Positions 44,946 through 60,333 of a stretch of DNA of 64,000 nucleotides are shown here, one piece after another. This DNA comes from Eledone cirrhosa (lineage: Eukaryota): positions 400,334,001 to 400,398,000 of the forward strand of contig OZ024740.1 in the NCBI GenBank assembly GCA_964016885.1, in the 5' to 3' direction. How positions within the stretch are numbered: the first letter of the stretch is position 1; every line of letters starts with the position of its first letter. Under the pieces are notes generated by a model. The model did not search any database and was not told the DNA's origin. It saw only the letters and a list, made by a program, of their open reading frames with translations. Both the position numbers and the translations under genes were made by a program.

Positions 44946-44994
44946 GCTTCCTGATGATTTCTTCCGAATGAAAGAGTTCTAGTCCTGTAGAAGC
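44946..44994 (+). ncRNA. Type I hammerhead, family A variant
   Basis: gcttc CTGATGA tttcttccgaat GAAA gagttctagtcctg TA gaagc; one stem III mismatch. Confidence 0.7.
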
Positions 44995-45025
44995 TATTTC
45001 TTTCTCTCTCACTCTTTCTCTCTGA

Positions 45026-45213
45026 ATCAGAATTCTGAGCATATCGTATTACATTTGACGCAGGCCCGGTGGTTCGTAACTGGGGAATGTGGCCACACGC
45101 ACACATTTAATCACATGCGCATATACAGATATACTTATATATGCGCATGTGATTAAATGTTACGAACCACTGGGCCTGCGTCAAATATAATACGATATGC
45201 TTAGAATTCTGAT
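45026..45213. repeat. About 190-bp fold-back element
   Basis: aatcagaattctgagcatatcgtatta..tttgacgcaggccc / gggcctgcgtcaaa..taatacgatatgcttagaattctgatt with inner palindrome atttaatcacatgcgcatata. Confidence 0.8.
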
Positions 45214-46263
45214 TAAGCCCAAGGAGAAATAGGTTTGGTCTATTTACGCGTGTTAGTAGCGCTGGAACTCTTTCGCTACTTACTGTATTCTCTCTTAAGA
45301 AAAGCATACTCAAATGTAAACATACATAAATATACATATATGTAAGTACTTATGGATACGTATATCTATATATACATTTCTACACAGTCTACAATCAACG
45401 GTAACACACAATTATATATACATAAGTACATATATATCTATATATACGCATACATGCATACATGCATGCATACATACATACATAGATACATACATACATA
45501 AATACATATATATCTATATAAACATATACATACATACAAACATACATAAATACATGCATAAATACATACATAGATTCATACATACCTACCTACATACATT
45601 CATACATACTTGTAGTGAATAATATATATATATTCGTTTTCTTTGTATGCATATGCGCCCAGAGGTTAATTACACAAAATATTTCAAAAATCTTATTATT
45701 CTCGTTTGGTTGACTAGTAAACATAATGTAGAATTAAATAACAGGAATGCGTACAAGAATCTCTTGTGTTGAATTTCAACGCAAGGGAATCGAACCGAAA
45801 GAAAAAATATATTCCTGATGGTATGAAATATACGTTAACACATAAAAAAGTACACACATACACAAGCACTCTCGCAAACGCATACAAGATTTCTCTATTC
45901 AAACATAAATACATACTTTACCAACTATAAACACACTCAAAACGTTTCAAATACGCATCCATGGTCGTTTGTAAGCAAACACACCGTCTTCCACTCATTC
46001 AACATGTGTTTATATACGTAAATTACATTAAGTAAAGAACTTGAAAATATGGCGCTTCGTAATTCTGAGTTTGATTTACTCCCAAGTGTATGAATTAGTT
46101 TCACGTTTCCTTCGATTCAGTTTGTCGTTTTATGCTTTGCTGCGTCTATATATATATATATAAATATATATACACATACATATATATATACACACACGCA
46201 CACACACACACACTCATACACACACATATATATATTTATAATATATAATATATATATATATAT

Positions 46264-46294
<31 letters not shown>

Positions 46295-46366
46295 ATATAT
46301 ATATATTATATATAATATATAATATATATATAATATATATATATAATATATATAATATATATATAT

Positions 46367-46447
<81 letters not shown>

Positions 46448-46450
46448 CAC

Positions 46451-46485
<35 letters not shown>

Positions 46486-48098
46486 CATACATATATAAAC
46501 ATACGCACATACTCTGTATATATAAATAAATGGAAATTTTACATTTGTTGTCGTCAAGCTTCTTTTATCCCTATGTTTATTGTTGTTGTTTCTATTTTGT
46601 AATTGTTGTTATTTTTGTTGTTATTCTTATAATTGCCGCCGTCGTTGTTGTTACTGTTACTACTGTTCGTACTGTTGTTCAGGCCTTAAATTAACACATT
46701 TAATTTGGTTGTTCTTACTGTATTATACATTATGTCAGTGGGGACTGTGTAACTTTGCGTTCTTTTCTCTTAACTGTGAGTTAATATAATAAGTCATTAT
46801 GTAGAAAACGATGTAATTAAAGATATTTTTTCTTTAAAAATACATTGACGTTAATTGTTTAATAATATAATAGAAAAAACATTAGTACGTTTCAACGATG
46901 TAAGCAGGTGGTGTTTTGTTTTCGTTTGTCTAAATTCTTGAATTACATATTGTAATAAAGTGCATTATTCCTTTAACGAACAAAGTTTTCTATGTTATTA
47001 TTTACGAAGGACAGATGTGTTTGCACATTCAATAGTTTTGAGTATGTTTAAGTTATTTATAGTCTATGACGTCCTTGATATTAATCTAAGTATATTTATA
47101 TATTGATAATCAATTTTCAACGTAATCTGTTTACTCTATTGCTCACTAATATAGCTACTCTATATCAATAGTTTATGTAGTTTGTTAATACAACGATGTG
47201 TAATATGCACATACATCTTATTGTTGATCTTATCATGTCGGTTTAATGTTAATATAGTTCATAATTATATTTCCTTGAAGGTTAACTATCAAGGAAGTTT
47301 ACATGCAGCGTTGTTATGGCTCTTATTTTACTCCATACCAACTTCAGTATTATATCATGGTATAGTGTATCTTGGATTACACTATCTAACGTGTCTGTGA
47401 TTTCTAAGACAGTAGAATGTATTCAGTGGACATTTTCGCTATTTCTTACACATTTAATGATAAGCTAGATGATTCATTTTTTCAATCGACTACAATAGCA
47501 AATATTGAACCGCATTGGAGTATTCACTTTAATATATTTCATTTATGCAGGATTCTAACCTTAGTGTTAAGTTAGCATCATAGAGTGACGCCTGTTCAAA
47601 GAACATCCAAGAAATATAAAAAAATGGTTGGATATAGAAAATATGCAGGTTTTACAAATATAATTCATACAATAACAATCAATGCAAAGATAGTTATAAG
47701 TGTTACCATGTCTACTTGCAACATATATTGTTTTTACAATGGCTTTCTTTTTTTCTGATTACATTCGTTGCTTAGGTTTGTCTCTGACCTCTTGTGTATG
47801 TTCCGATTTAAAGCAATATACGTAAATCATTTGTCTCTATATGTTTAGTTTCAAACAGACCTAACAAGAATATAACATAGTTGACGGTATTAAAACAGCT
47901 AACTTTTAACAATACCACCTGTTTTAATACCAATACTTATCTCTTAGTTTCCTTTAGCGGAGTTCACTCTTCTGCAAAGATCGAAACAGATTAGCATCAA
48001 GGGTTTCCTATTATTTCAAGTGTTAAACTAATATATTCCTTCATTGTACTGTGTGGTTTGCTTTGTTATTTCTGTTCATTTTTTACACGCACGCACAC

Positions 48099-48236
<138 letters not shown>

Positions 48237-48335
48237 TCGGGGTCCCGAACTTTTCATATTACCCACTCTACTACTCCAGGTATCGAGTACTCTGGTAAGT
48301 GTAATGGTCTAACTGGTTTTAGCGCCGCCATTCTG
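48237..48335 (+). mobile_element. PLE terminal remnant, family C
   Basis: Homologous to revcomp of 26260-26360; bulged hairpin 48265-48288. Confidence 0.65.
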
Positions 48336-48383
<48 letters not shown>

Positions 48384-48399
48384 ATTAAATTTATACATT

Positions 48400-48932
48400 T
48401 AGGAATTTAGAAATTTCCGGTTGGTTGGTTGGTTCCACAACCAGATGATTGTTCATATTGTCAAAGTTCTTTCGTCACACATTCTGTGACCTCTTCAGTG
48501 ACTGGGGAATATTTTCTTTGTTTTTGTGCCTCTCCTTTGTTCTTCCCTACGCCATCTTGTTTTTGTGTGTGTTGTGTGCTTAGTTTGCGCATGTGTTACA
48601 TCCGGGTGTCTGTGTGTGTTTATATTTGTTTATTTATTTGTTTATTTTCATGTTACTGGTGGGTTGTTTGTTCTATGTGTGTGTGTGTTTTCATTTTGTC
48701 CTTAATTATAAGTTGTGATGTTGCTGTTCAATTCAGGTTTTCTATTTAATTTTGGTTGGAGTTCATTTATGTTTATTGCCTCTGTGATTTGTCTAAACAT
48801 TGCGTCTTTTCTGTGTGTAGATTCTATTTTGATTTCTATGTTCTCTAATTTACCCTTATGTTCTATTTTAGCAAGTTGGTGGAGTATTGATGATTCTTTA
48901 CTATCTTGAAGCTCTCGCCAGTGTTCATTTAT
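48400..48932 (-). mobile_element. 3' end of third PLE lineage (GIY-YIG C-terminus + HHR at 48460-48502)
   Basis: Minus: [41 protein letters not shown]; gtca CTGAAGA ggtcac..gtgac GAAA gaac TT tgac. Confidence 0.88.
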
Positions 48933-49122
48933 ATATATATATGTATATGTATATGCGTGTGTGTGTGTGCGTGCGTGCGTGCGTGTGCGTGTGTGTTTGT
49001 GTGTGTGCGTGTGTGTGTGTATATGTGTATATGTGTGTGTCTGCGTGCGTGTCTGTATGTGTGTGCGCGTGCGTGTGCGTGCGTGTGTGTGCGTGCGTGT
49101 GTGTGCGTGTGTGTGTGTGTGT

Positions 49123-49175
<53 letters not shown>

Positions 49176-51171
49176 TATGTGAGTGTGTATACTATTCCTG
49201 TTGTGCTGAAACCGTACATGGTTATTGTATCTCGTTATTTTTCCAGTATCATAATGCAGTAGAAGTGAAATTTCACAAGATAAATTGCCTGTTGTGTCTC
49301 AGTTTTCACTAATCAGTTACTATAAAAGATATGCTCGTTCTCTGTATTCCCAACTGATTATACATATTGACTATTTTGTATTGAATATCTTGTACGTCGT
49401 GTATACGTGTGTATTTGTCAAAAGGAGAGAAATATGTTGCAAATACAAGCATTAAAGACATTTGCGTTGTCTGTAATAATGCAAGCATCAGTTTGAATAA
49501 TTACGGTATAGTGAATCTTAAAAACATTTCAGCGTTTATTTTGTTATATTACAGTTTTCAATCTCCCTCGGCTCCTTTCTCTTTTCATCTGTACGTATGC
49601 TAATTGAGATATTTCCACGTGAGCTAATTATGCATGAGGTTGGCCTAGCATTGACAAAGAGAGAAGACAAATCTGCAAGTTGGAGGTATGTTCTGTTGTA
49701 AATTCAGATATATCAATGTATATTGCTGGTTATCATGTAAAATTTGATTTTATTTGCAAGTATTCTTCTGTTGTCAATGTAATGTTCGGTACGTTAGCGT
49801 AGACCCATGAGGGTTCATTTTCAATTGGCGAAATGCTTAATCAAATAAGCCGAGAATTATTCAAATCCATGAATTATTAGGCCTCGAACGCTCAGTTTGA
49901 GAATTGATAAAAAATCCTTATGTTCTCTTTCTCGCTAAATATTCATATTTATCTTAATTTCACCATTGAGATAAAAATGAACTCAGGCACTTCGCAAGAT
50001 AGACACCACTGGCTTAAAATGGTGACACTGGAAGATGCAGTACTTTTCCCTAATAGAAAGAAAAAAAAGTGTGTATAGCGATAATCAGGAAGTCCATAGG
50101 GCATTTGATAGTAGAGTTGGTTGAAACTTATTTTTCGAAATTGATGTGTCCGCTGTTATATAATACGCTATCATACATGAAGAACATATGAACAAAATGA
50201 AATATTTGTCAAAAGTATATGAACTAATATCACATAAACCTCATAGTTTATATCGTATCAACTAAGTAATCCTGGCATATATGTATAAATACATACAAAA
50301 CTATACATCCAAAGGCGAAAGTAAATGACGGGTATGTATAGGATGCCTACAAACACAGAGGCTCAAGAGTTCCTATCATGTTACAGGCATACTTTTAATC
50401 ATTACACCAAGATTTGTCTGAGTCTTCATAGAGCTGAGTAGGTGGTGGGTATAACTCCCGATTGTAAACAGCAGAATTATTTGTGAAATTGTTGAGTATT
50501 TGTAGATTATTTCGTTTGCATTAAGTGTTGAATGTTAGAGTTGAGCGAGCTCGCTCCCATTAGAAAATAAATTTTCTATTTTCTGTATATTTAATGCAGT
50601 AAGTTCTCTTTTTGTCCATCTCTTTAAAATAAACAGAATACTGTAGATAAAGACGAGACAATGTAGCGCCTGAATAGATGCCTTATCATTTCAAGTGTGA
50701 TAGTTTACTCACTAAATTCAACACAACTCATATTTAATAATATAAATACAAGCAATTAAATTGTCCATTAAATTGACTTTATCTCCTATTTTAAGAAGTT
50801 GATCTCATGCCTAATTGCAATCATCATTACTTGTTGTTAGATTATGCACATATATAACAGAAAACGGTTATTGAATTGAGATATGTTTAATCCCATAACA
50901 GAATTTGTTCTTAGGAGATTTACTTTTGTATTCAATGTTGAAACAGCCAGCTTAAACAACGGAAGTTTATAATTTTCTCTACTGATTACACGTTATTTGG
51001 TAAATGTTAATAATACCACAGGGTAATAGACAACATGACTCTCCTTCTATTTTAACCACTCCATCTCCTTATATCCCCACACATACATACACAAACATTT
51101 ACAGACAGACATGCACACACGTACACATATAAAGATACACACACAGTCACATCTATATAGACAATGTAATC

Positions 51172-51443
51172 TGGCACTCCGTCGGTTAGGCTGCTGAGTG
51201 TTCCGGTTGATACGATCACAGGAACACCCTGCTCGTGAAATTAACGTGCAAGTGACTAAGCATACCAGGGTCACGTGGCACAGAATGTGTAAAGGGTAGT
51301 CTTTCGAAGTACAGGTACTACTAATTTATGTCAGCTGGATGGACTGGAGTAATGGGAAATTAAGTGCCTTGCTCAAGAACCCAACGCATCACCGGGAGTT
51401 GATCTTATGAACTTGCGCTAAACACAAAGCCGTGCGTCTTCAC

Positions 51444-51445
<2 letters not shown>
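51172..51445 (-). mobile_element. Second tRNA-derived SINE family (decayed)
   Basis: cttgagcaaggcactt core and cacgttaatttcacgagcagg..accgacggagtgcca tail; relatives 27985-28320, 56830-57035, 61850-62165. Confidence 0.65.
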
Positions 51446-51500
<55 letters not shown>

Positions 51501-51504
51501 CACA

Positions 51505-51580
<76 letters not shown>

Positions 51581-51624
51581 AATGTATGTATACCTCACGC
51601 ACTCACACGTACAATAATGAATTC

Positions 51625-51831
51625 TAGTATAGTCACAAGGCCAGTAATTTGGAGGGAGGGGAAAGTCGATTAAATCGACACCAGTACGTTACGGTGCTTT
51701 ATTTTATCGATCCCATAAGGATGAAAGCAAAGTTAACCTCGGCGGGATTTGAACTCAGATCGTAAAGGACCGTAATTCTATGCTGCAAAGCATGGTGTCC
51801 GACGCTCTACGATACTGCCAATCCACCGCCC
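51625..51831 (-). mobile_element. Meta-type tRNA SINE (long tail)
   Basis: Reverse complement of the consensus. Confidence 0.87.
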
Positions 51832-52682
51832 TCACTCACACATACAATAATAATATAGGAACCCCCTCCCAACACACACACACATATATTTATGTATTTA
51901 ACTTATTAATATTCAATTCATTAAAAATACACGTGCTTAAAATAATCCTGATAACTAAAGCTCTGAACAACACAACTTTTAACATGTGAATATATATGTA
52001 TACATAACGTGTGTAAGTTACTAAATAGATACTTGTATGGGCGCGTATCTCTTCATGAGCTGTTTTTAGTGTATATCTGTATACATCAATTTAAATTATA
52101 TCAAGCCATCCGTTAATACTTACATAGTTTATAGATTCATAAACGAGACACGTTTGAAAGTTAACCTAAAAAAAAAAGATGAAAAAGAAATGTGAAATAG
52201 TGTTTAAGTTGACCAATGAATTCTAAGAAAGTTCTCTTTGTCTTAGAAATTATGGTAAAATGTTTACTGTAGTAGAAGCAAATAACTTTTGAAGATTGTC
52301 TCCGCCGTATATGTATGTGTATAATTGTGTATGCTTGTGTGTCGCTCTGAATGTGTGAGTGTTTGTGGTCACATCTGTTTTCACTCGAAGACGTTAATCA
52401 TGTTGTAAATTAGGGTTTAATTTCCAGGATAATTATGATTAATATGACTGGGATTCGGTATCACACAATAACGACACTGTATTTGAAATGTGAAAAAAGA
52501 ACAAACTATCAAACAACAAAAATACAAACCAAGATTGATACATTATAAAATAAAGCCAAATCCAAATTTATGTAAACTTTTAGAGAAGCCTCTGGGCATT
52601 TTTAGATCGTTATGTTTACGTTTCCTGAAAGTCGTAAGAAAATAATTCTAGAACTTACTTCTGCTGGTATTATATATCATTA

Positions 52683-53068
52683 GGGCGGTGAATTGGCAGT
52701 ATCGGTAGAGAGTCGGACATGCTTTCCAGCATAGTCACCTCCCTTTACGATCTGAGTTCGAATCCGGCCGATGTTAACTTTGCCTTTCATCCTTACGGGG
52801 TCGATAAAATAAAGTACCAGTAATGTACTGGGTAAGTGCTGGCTTTGTGCCTAAAATAGAAACAATTATATATCATTAGGGCGGTAGATTGGCAGTATAT
52901 GTAGAGTGTCGGACGCCATGCTTTGCAGCATAGAGTTACGGCCCTTTATTATCTGAGTTCAAATCCCGCCGAGGTTAACTTTGCCTTTCATCCTTACGGG
53001 GTCGATAAAATATAGTACTAGTAATTTACTGGTTAATTGCTGGCCTTGTGCCAAAAGTAGAAACAATT
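52683..53068 (+). mobile_element. Two Meta-type SINEs in tandem (52683-52866, 52878-53068)
   Basis: attatatatcatta precedes both copies. Confidence 0.9.
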
Positions 53069-53733
53069 ATATATTATTATCTCTGTGTCGATTTGCTGTT
53101 ATAGTTGATTTTAGTTTTGTTTACTCCCAATTCAGACTTGATCTAGCAAACCTACGATCAAATTTATTCCTATCGTGCTAATGTCAACATTTTATTCATC
53201 GGTGTCCAGTATTTTGTTTTTCCTTTTTTAAGAAGTTAAGGATAGATTGGTGGAAGATCGTGCTACTATTTCTAGACTTTTGTTGGCCATTTTAGTACAT
53301 GTTGTTCGAATAAACGCTGAAGAAGAAAACGGGGAAAGATCTATCTATGTTTAAGGCACTTCTTTCAAGGAATTACATTATAGAAATTGCATCAGATTTG
53401 AAGAACTTTCAAATCTTTTCTGTTTATGAAGAGGAAAGCCTATCTTTGTGATGAAATATTTAGTATATGATTGAGTGCTTTCATCATGAAAGGTGCCTAG
53501 TGATGGTGATGTTTAGAACTTGTAGCGACCGTGCTTTATGGTGCAATTATATATTTTTGATAATTGAAGGGATTATGCCTATGCTCTATTGATTTGCATT
53601 CCGCCATCGCAATGCCTTTCCAAAGATCGGGATGTATAGTTGATGGATATTTGCTCTACGGTTCTTATATATTTGATATATATTTATCCTTATCGAGCCC
53701 TCTTTGGATTTTAGTATTGAAATTTATTATTAT

Positions 53734-53834
<101 letters not shown>

Positions 53835-54544
53835 TAGGGGTGGGTGGGTGACAGAGAGCTAGGTGAGGATCGAAACGTTTGCCGAGAACAGGGACCAGTA
53901 CATAGTCTCATCATTCGTGATCTGGGGTCAGATCACATTGGCCTAAATTTAGTTTTACATGATAAAATAACTTACAGTCAGATAGTGAGGTCGATATAAT
54001 AACATGTTTGTAACAGTAGTAAGATTATTCAGATTATGGAAAATATAAAAAAATTGGCATGAAGTTAAATGGAGGTTTTAGATACCATTTGTTTAAAAGT
54101 CACCAGCCATACCATTATATGGCAATGCTATTTTTGGCGGCAAAGAATAAGTTTCATATGAATAATGATTTATATGCTGTGAAATATAATATCAGCGGAT
54201 GTTGACTGTTAAAATTAACAAGCAACTAAATTCACACTAGGCCTTCAATATTACATAATACATAACAGTTGTAACAACGGTTGTTAATTGCGGTGGAATA
54301 AGCTAAAATAAAATTCATTGAGTTCATAGGGATACAACTGAAGACTTTTACTGCACATAAGGTACCAATACAGATCATAATAGCATTGCTAAAAATAGGG
54401 TTATTTCTAACATAGTTACAAGATCAAGATCAAAAATTTGGTACGAGTTTACTGATCCCAGATGAATGAAAGGTACAGTTGAAGTCGCTCGGATTAGAAA
54501 CCAGAAGAGAAAGTTTATTGGATAACAGCCAGTAGGTCTGATTG

Positions 54545-55600
54545 AAGGCAAGTCAGGTCACCCACCTCATTGATGACCCTTTGGAGTTGGAATCATCTGC
54601 GAAGATTCTGATGTTACTGTGTTTGATGATGTCAGTAATGTCATTAATGTAGATGATAAAAAGAAGTGGGCCCAACACAGTGCCTTGTGGGACGCCACTG
54701 CGAACTTTGGCTGGGCTTGATTTTAATCCTTCGACTACAACATGCTGGGTTCTGCCTGTCAGGAAACATTTGATCCACCGTAGTAACCTTCCAGACACAC
54801 CAACATTGGATAGTTTTTTCAGTAGAATCTTATGATCAACCCTGTCGAAGGCCTTGCTGAAATCAAGGTAGATGACATCAGTGTTGGAGCCCTCTCCCAA
54901 GGCTCTCAAAACATCGTCAAAGTGATGCATGAGCTGCGTTAGGGAGTCCCTTCCATTACGGAACCAATGTTGGTTGGAGTTCAGCAGGCAGTTGCTATCA
55001 AGAAAGTGGGTTATTTGTGATCTCACCACCCTCTCAAATAGGTTGATAATATGAGAGGTGAGTGAGATCGGACGGTAGTTCTCTGCAAGGGACTTATTTT
55101 CCTTTTTGAGACTGGGACAACGGACTAGTACAGACAGATTTCAGGAATATAGCCAGTGTCCAGTGAGTTCCTCCACAGATTAGCAACAGGAGTTGCAAGT
55201 TGGTGTCGACACACCTTCAGGACACAAGCAGGGAACCTGTCGGGGCCTACTGCTGAATTGTGTTTAATTTCGTTTATTGCCGCTAAGGCATCAGGGGGGG
55301 GGGGGGGGGCCAACGTTATGTCTGATATAGTGTGTTGGGGGTTAATATCACTGATACGGCCCAGATCGGCCATATCAGGGTTGCTGAAAACATGGCAGTA
55401 TTTTTTCTGCAGTATCTCGCCCATGGTTTTGGCATTGTCCTGGAGTGTGCCATTTTCATCAACTAGGGGGCCAACAGTGGAGACGGTGACCTTGTGTTTT
55501 TTAGCGAATGAGAAGAACACTTTGGGGTTGAGTTTGATTTTCTCAATGGCCCACCTCTGTTCAGCTATTCTCTGGTTATTGATGATGGTCATCATGCATT
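54545..55600 (-). pseudogene. CR1/L2-group LINE reverse transcriptase fragment
   Basis: NPKVFFSFAK..VGPL, AVGPDRFPA, ENYRPISLTSH, YLDFSKAFDRVDH, SGVPQGTVLGPLLFIIYIND, IFADD; frameshifted. Confidence 0.9.
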
Positions 55601-55735
55601 GTTGGAGGTTATATTTTTTTACTCAAACAGGGTGATAGCCATTGAATGTGTGTGTTGCTGTTGGCAGTATTTTAGTGTGTTAATTTGTTTGTTTGTTCTT
55701 TTTATTTTTCTGATATATATATATATATATATATA

Positions 55736-55927
55736 TATTTGAAGACTAAAATCCAAAGAGGGCTTGAGAAGGATAAATATATATCAAATATATAAGATCC
55801 GTAGAGCAAATATTTATAAAAATAACAGATTAAAGGTTAAGCAAAGAATCGCTGCTTTGACCCTTAACGGGATCTTCTGAAACTAATTTCAGAAGATTCC
55901 ATTAAGGGTGAAAGCAGCGATTCTTTA
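55736..55927. mobile_element. Palindromic PLE terminal remnant, family G
   Basis: Hairpin centred about 55885 (tcttctgaaa-ctaa-tttcagaaga). Confidence 0.8.
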
Positions 55928-55944
55928 GATATATATGTTCTGTA

Positions 55945-55999
<55 letters not shown>

Positions 56000-56220
56000 A
56001 ATTAAGTTAAAAGTGTACATCCACATATGTATACTGAAATACTAGGATGCATATAAATACACACACGTATACATATGTACATGTACCGAGTTTTTCACTG
56101 GACACTTTACTGTGAGTGTCTAGCTAGTCTGTATGTAACCAAACAGACAAACCGGGTTTTAGAGTCATACGGGTTTTCAAGGAAACACCTTTCCTCTATT
56201 CTCTAGAGAGCCAGACAGGA

Positions 56221-56263
56221 ATATTGGACTAGTTTCGATGTTATTACATCTCATCAGCAATAT
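56221..56263 (-). ncRNA. Canonical minimal type I hammerhead
   Basis: Minus: atattg CTGATGA gatgtaataacatc GAAA ctag TC caatat. Confidence 0.9.
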
Positions 56264-56420
56264 ATACCCATCTTCCGGCTTCTCTAGAGAATCGTAAAAG
56301 CACATATCGTTATATGCTTTTTCTATGAAAATTAGTAGTGGGCAGACTAATTTGCATAGAAAAAGCATATAACGATATGTGCTTTTACGATTCTCTAGAG
56401 AAGCCGGAAGATGGGTATAC

Positions 56421-56459
56421 ATTGCTGATGAGATGTAATAACATCGAAACTAGTCCAAT
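56421..56459 (+). ncRNA. Canonical minimal type I hammerhead
   Basis: attg CTGATGA gatgtaataacatc GAAA ctag TC caat; GUC triplet. Confidence 0.9.
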
Positions 56460-56750
56460 ATTCCTGTCTGGCTCTCTGGAGAATAGAGGAAAGGTGTTTC
56501 CTTGAAAACCCGTATGACTCTAAAACCCGGTTTGTCTGTTTGGTTACATACAGACTAGCTAGACACTCACAGTAAAGTGTCCAGTGAAAAACTCGGTACA
56601 TGTACATATGTATACGTGTGTGTATTTATATGCATACTAGTATTTCAGTATACATATGTGGATGTACACTTTTAACTTAATTGTTTAAGCGTCAGTCATA
56701 CAAAAGTGAGTTACAAACGAAACGAAATTTAATTTCGTTTCGTTATTTGT

Positions 56751-56826
<76 letters not shown>

Positions 56827-56829
56827 TGA

Positions 56830-57035
56830 AGGCGTGTGGATGAGTGGTTAGAGAATTGGATTCGCAATCGTAAGGTTGTGAGTTCGATTCCTGGACCAGG
56901 CGGTGCGTTATGTCCTTGAGCAAGACACTTTATTTCACGTTGCTCCTTCTACCTGGAGTTGCGACCGATAGATAGTATTAGCAATTGGAAAGACCAACGG
57001 AAACATTGTTCCCTCGGTCCGATTTGACGAAAGTC
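56830..57035 (+). mobile_element. tRNA-headed SINE, second family
   Basis: ggcgtgtggatgagtggttagag..gagttcgattcc..gtccttgagcaagacacttt. Confidence 0.7.
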
Positions 57036-57065
57036 GATCGTCTTAAAAATATATATATATATATA

Positions 57066-57502
57066 TACAATATTAAATAAATGGAAACTATATTTATAAA
57101 ACCATATCTATTTCATTATATATATTTCAGGGATATCATATTAACAATATGCTATGCCTTCCTCAGACAAAATACAATATAAACAGTTTTATAGATAAAT
57201 AGATTCGACATACCGTAACAACATCGACTTGTATTTGAAAAGTTTGATTTGGCAGTGAAAAAATTGTACACAGAGAGAAAGAAAGAGAGAAAAAAAAAAA
57301 ATTATATTGTATTTTGTCTGAGGAAGGCATAGCATATTGTTAATATGATATCCCTGAAATATATATAATGAAATAGATATGGTTTTATAAATATAGTTTC
57401 CATTTATTTAATATTGTAAATATACTCCAAATATTTGTCGAGTGCTTTTATATCAGTTATAAATATTTACTAGTTGTAACCCAACAATTTAAATATAACT
57501 TT

Positions 57503-57504
<2 letters not shown>
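57066..57504 (+). mobile_element. Inverted PLE terminal remnant, family F
   Basis: 57066-57180 inverted with 57304-57418; bulged hairpin 57424-57443. Confidence 0.8.
57310..57375 (+). ncRNA. Type I hammerhead (mirror copy minus 57109-57174)
   Basis: tattttgt CTGAGGA aggcatagcatattgttaatatgatatccct GAAA tatata TA atgaaata. Confidence 0.75.
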
Positions 57505-57596
<92 letters not shown>

Positions 57597-57604
57597 ATAT
57601 ATAT

Positions 57605-59104
<1,500 letters not shown>

Positions 59105-59109
59105 TTACG

Positions 59110-59140
<31 letters not shown>

Positions 59141-59630
59141 ATACTTTGGGAGGGTCATGTTGCCAATAAGAAACACACGCACCAGTTGCTTTCACTTCAA
59201 TTTATTATATATTTATAAATTTACAAATTTATAAATTTATAAATTTCTGGTTGGTTGGTTGGTTCCACAACCAGATAGTTGTTTATATATAGTCATAGTC
59301 CTTTCGTCACACACTCTGTGACCTTTTCAGTGACTGGGGATTCCTTTCTTTGTTTCTGTGCCTCTCCTTTGTTCTGTCCTACGCCATTTTGTTCCTGTGT
59401 GTGTGTTGTGTGCTCAGTTTGCGCATGCGCCACATCCGGGTGTCTGTGTGTGTTTATGTTCATTTATCTATTTGTTTATTTATTTATTTATTTACATGTT
59501 ATTGTTTGGTTGTTTGTTCTATGTGTGTGTGTGTTTTCATTTTGTCCTTAATTGTAAGTTGTGATGTTGCTGTTCCACTCATATTTTCTATTTAATTTTG
59601 GTTGTAATTCTTTTATGTTTATTGCCTCTG

Positions 59631-60076
59631 TAAAAACAGGTACCTCCGTAAAAACACTTATTAGCAAGACATACCCTTTTCAAAGACCCTCATGTATAGA
59701 CAAGAAATGTATAACCTGTAAAATAAGCCCCCATATTAACTGTAAAACTAGAAATGTAGTGTATAGCATAAGATGTACTGAAGGACAATGTAGAAACAAA
59801 AATATAGTGTACATAGGTGAGACAGCTCGTAGTATAGGGGAACGGATAAATGAACACTGGCGAGACCTTCAAGATAATAAAGAATCATCTGTACTCTACC
59901 AACATGCTAAGATGGGTAACAAGGGTAAATTAGAGAACATAGAAATAAAAATAGAATCTACACACAGAAAAGATGCAATGTTTAGACAAATTACAGAGGC
60001 AATAAACATAAAAGAATTACAACCAAAATTAAATAGAAAATATGAGTGGAACAGCAACATCACAACTTACAATTAA
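59631..60076 (+). pseudogene. Truncated PLE Cys linker + GIY-YIG endonuclease
   Basis: CIDKKCITC..CKTRNVVYSIRC..YIGETARSIGERINEH..RQITEAINI..LNRKYEW; the first about 23 aa of ORF 59561..60076 derive from the inverted arm. Confidence 0.88.
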
Positions 60077-60288
60077 GGACAAAATGAAAACACACACACA
60101 CATAGAACAAACAACCAACCAATAACATGTAAATAAATAAATAAATAAACAAATAGATAAATGAACATAAACACACACAGACACCCGGATGTGGCGCATG
60201 CGCAAACTGAGCACACAGCACACACACAGAAACAAAATGGCGTAGGACAGAACAAAGGAGAGGCACAGAAACAAAGAAAGGAATCCCC

Positions 60289-60333
60289 AGTCACTGAAGA
60301 GGTCACAGAGTGTGTGACGAAAGGACTATGACT
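60289..60333 (+). ncRNA. Minimal type I hammerhead
   Basis: agtca CTGAAGA ggtcacagagtgtgtgac GAAA ggac TA tgact; mirror copy at 59291-59335 has G8A (CTGAAAA). Confidence 0.8.

Larger units (their letters stand above)
55995..56755. mobile_element. About 690-bp near-perfect palindrome with two HHRs (PLE-type inverted remnant)
   Basis: Arms 55995-56336 / 56346-56687, 9-nt loop, few mismatches. Confidence 0.9.

Noticed and set aside
53860-53930. TGATGA and GAAAC motifs suggesting another hammerhead
   Set aside because: Motifs lie on opposite strands and stems I and III cannot be formed
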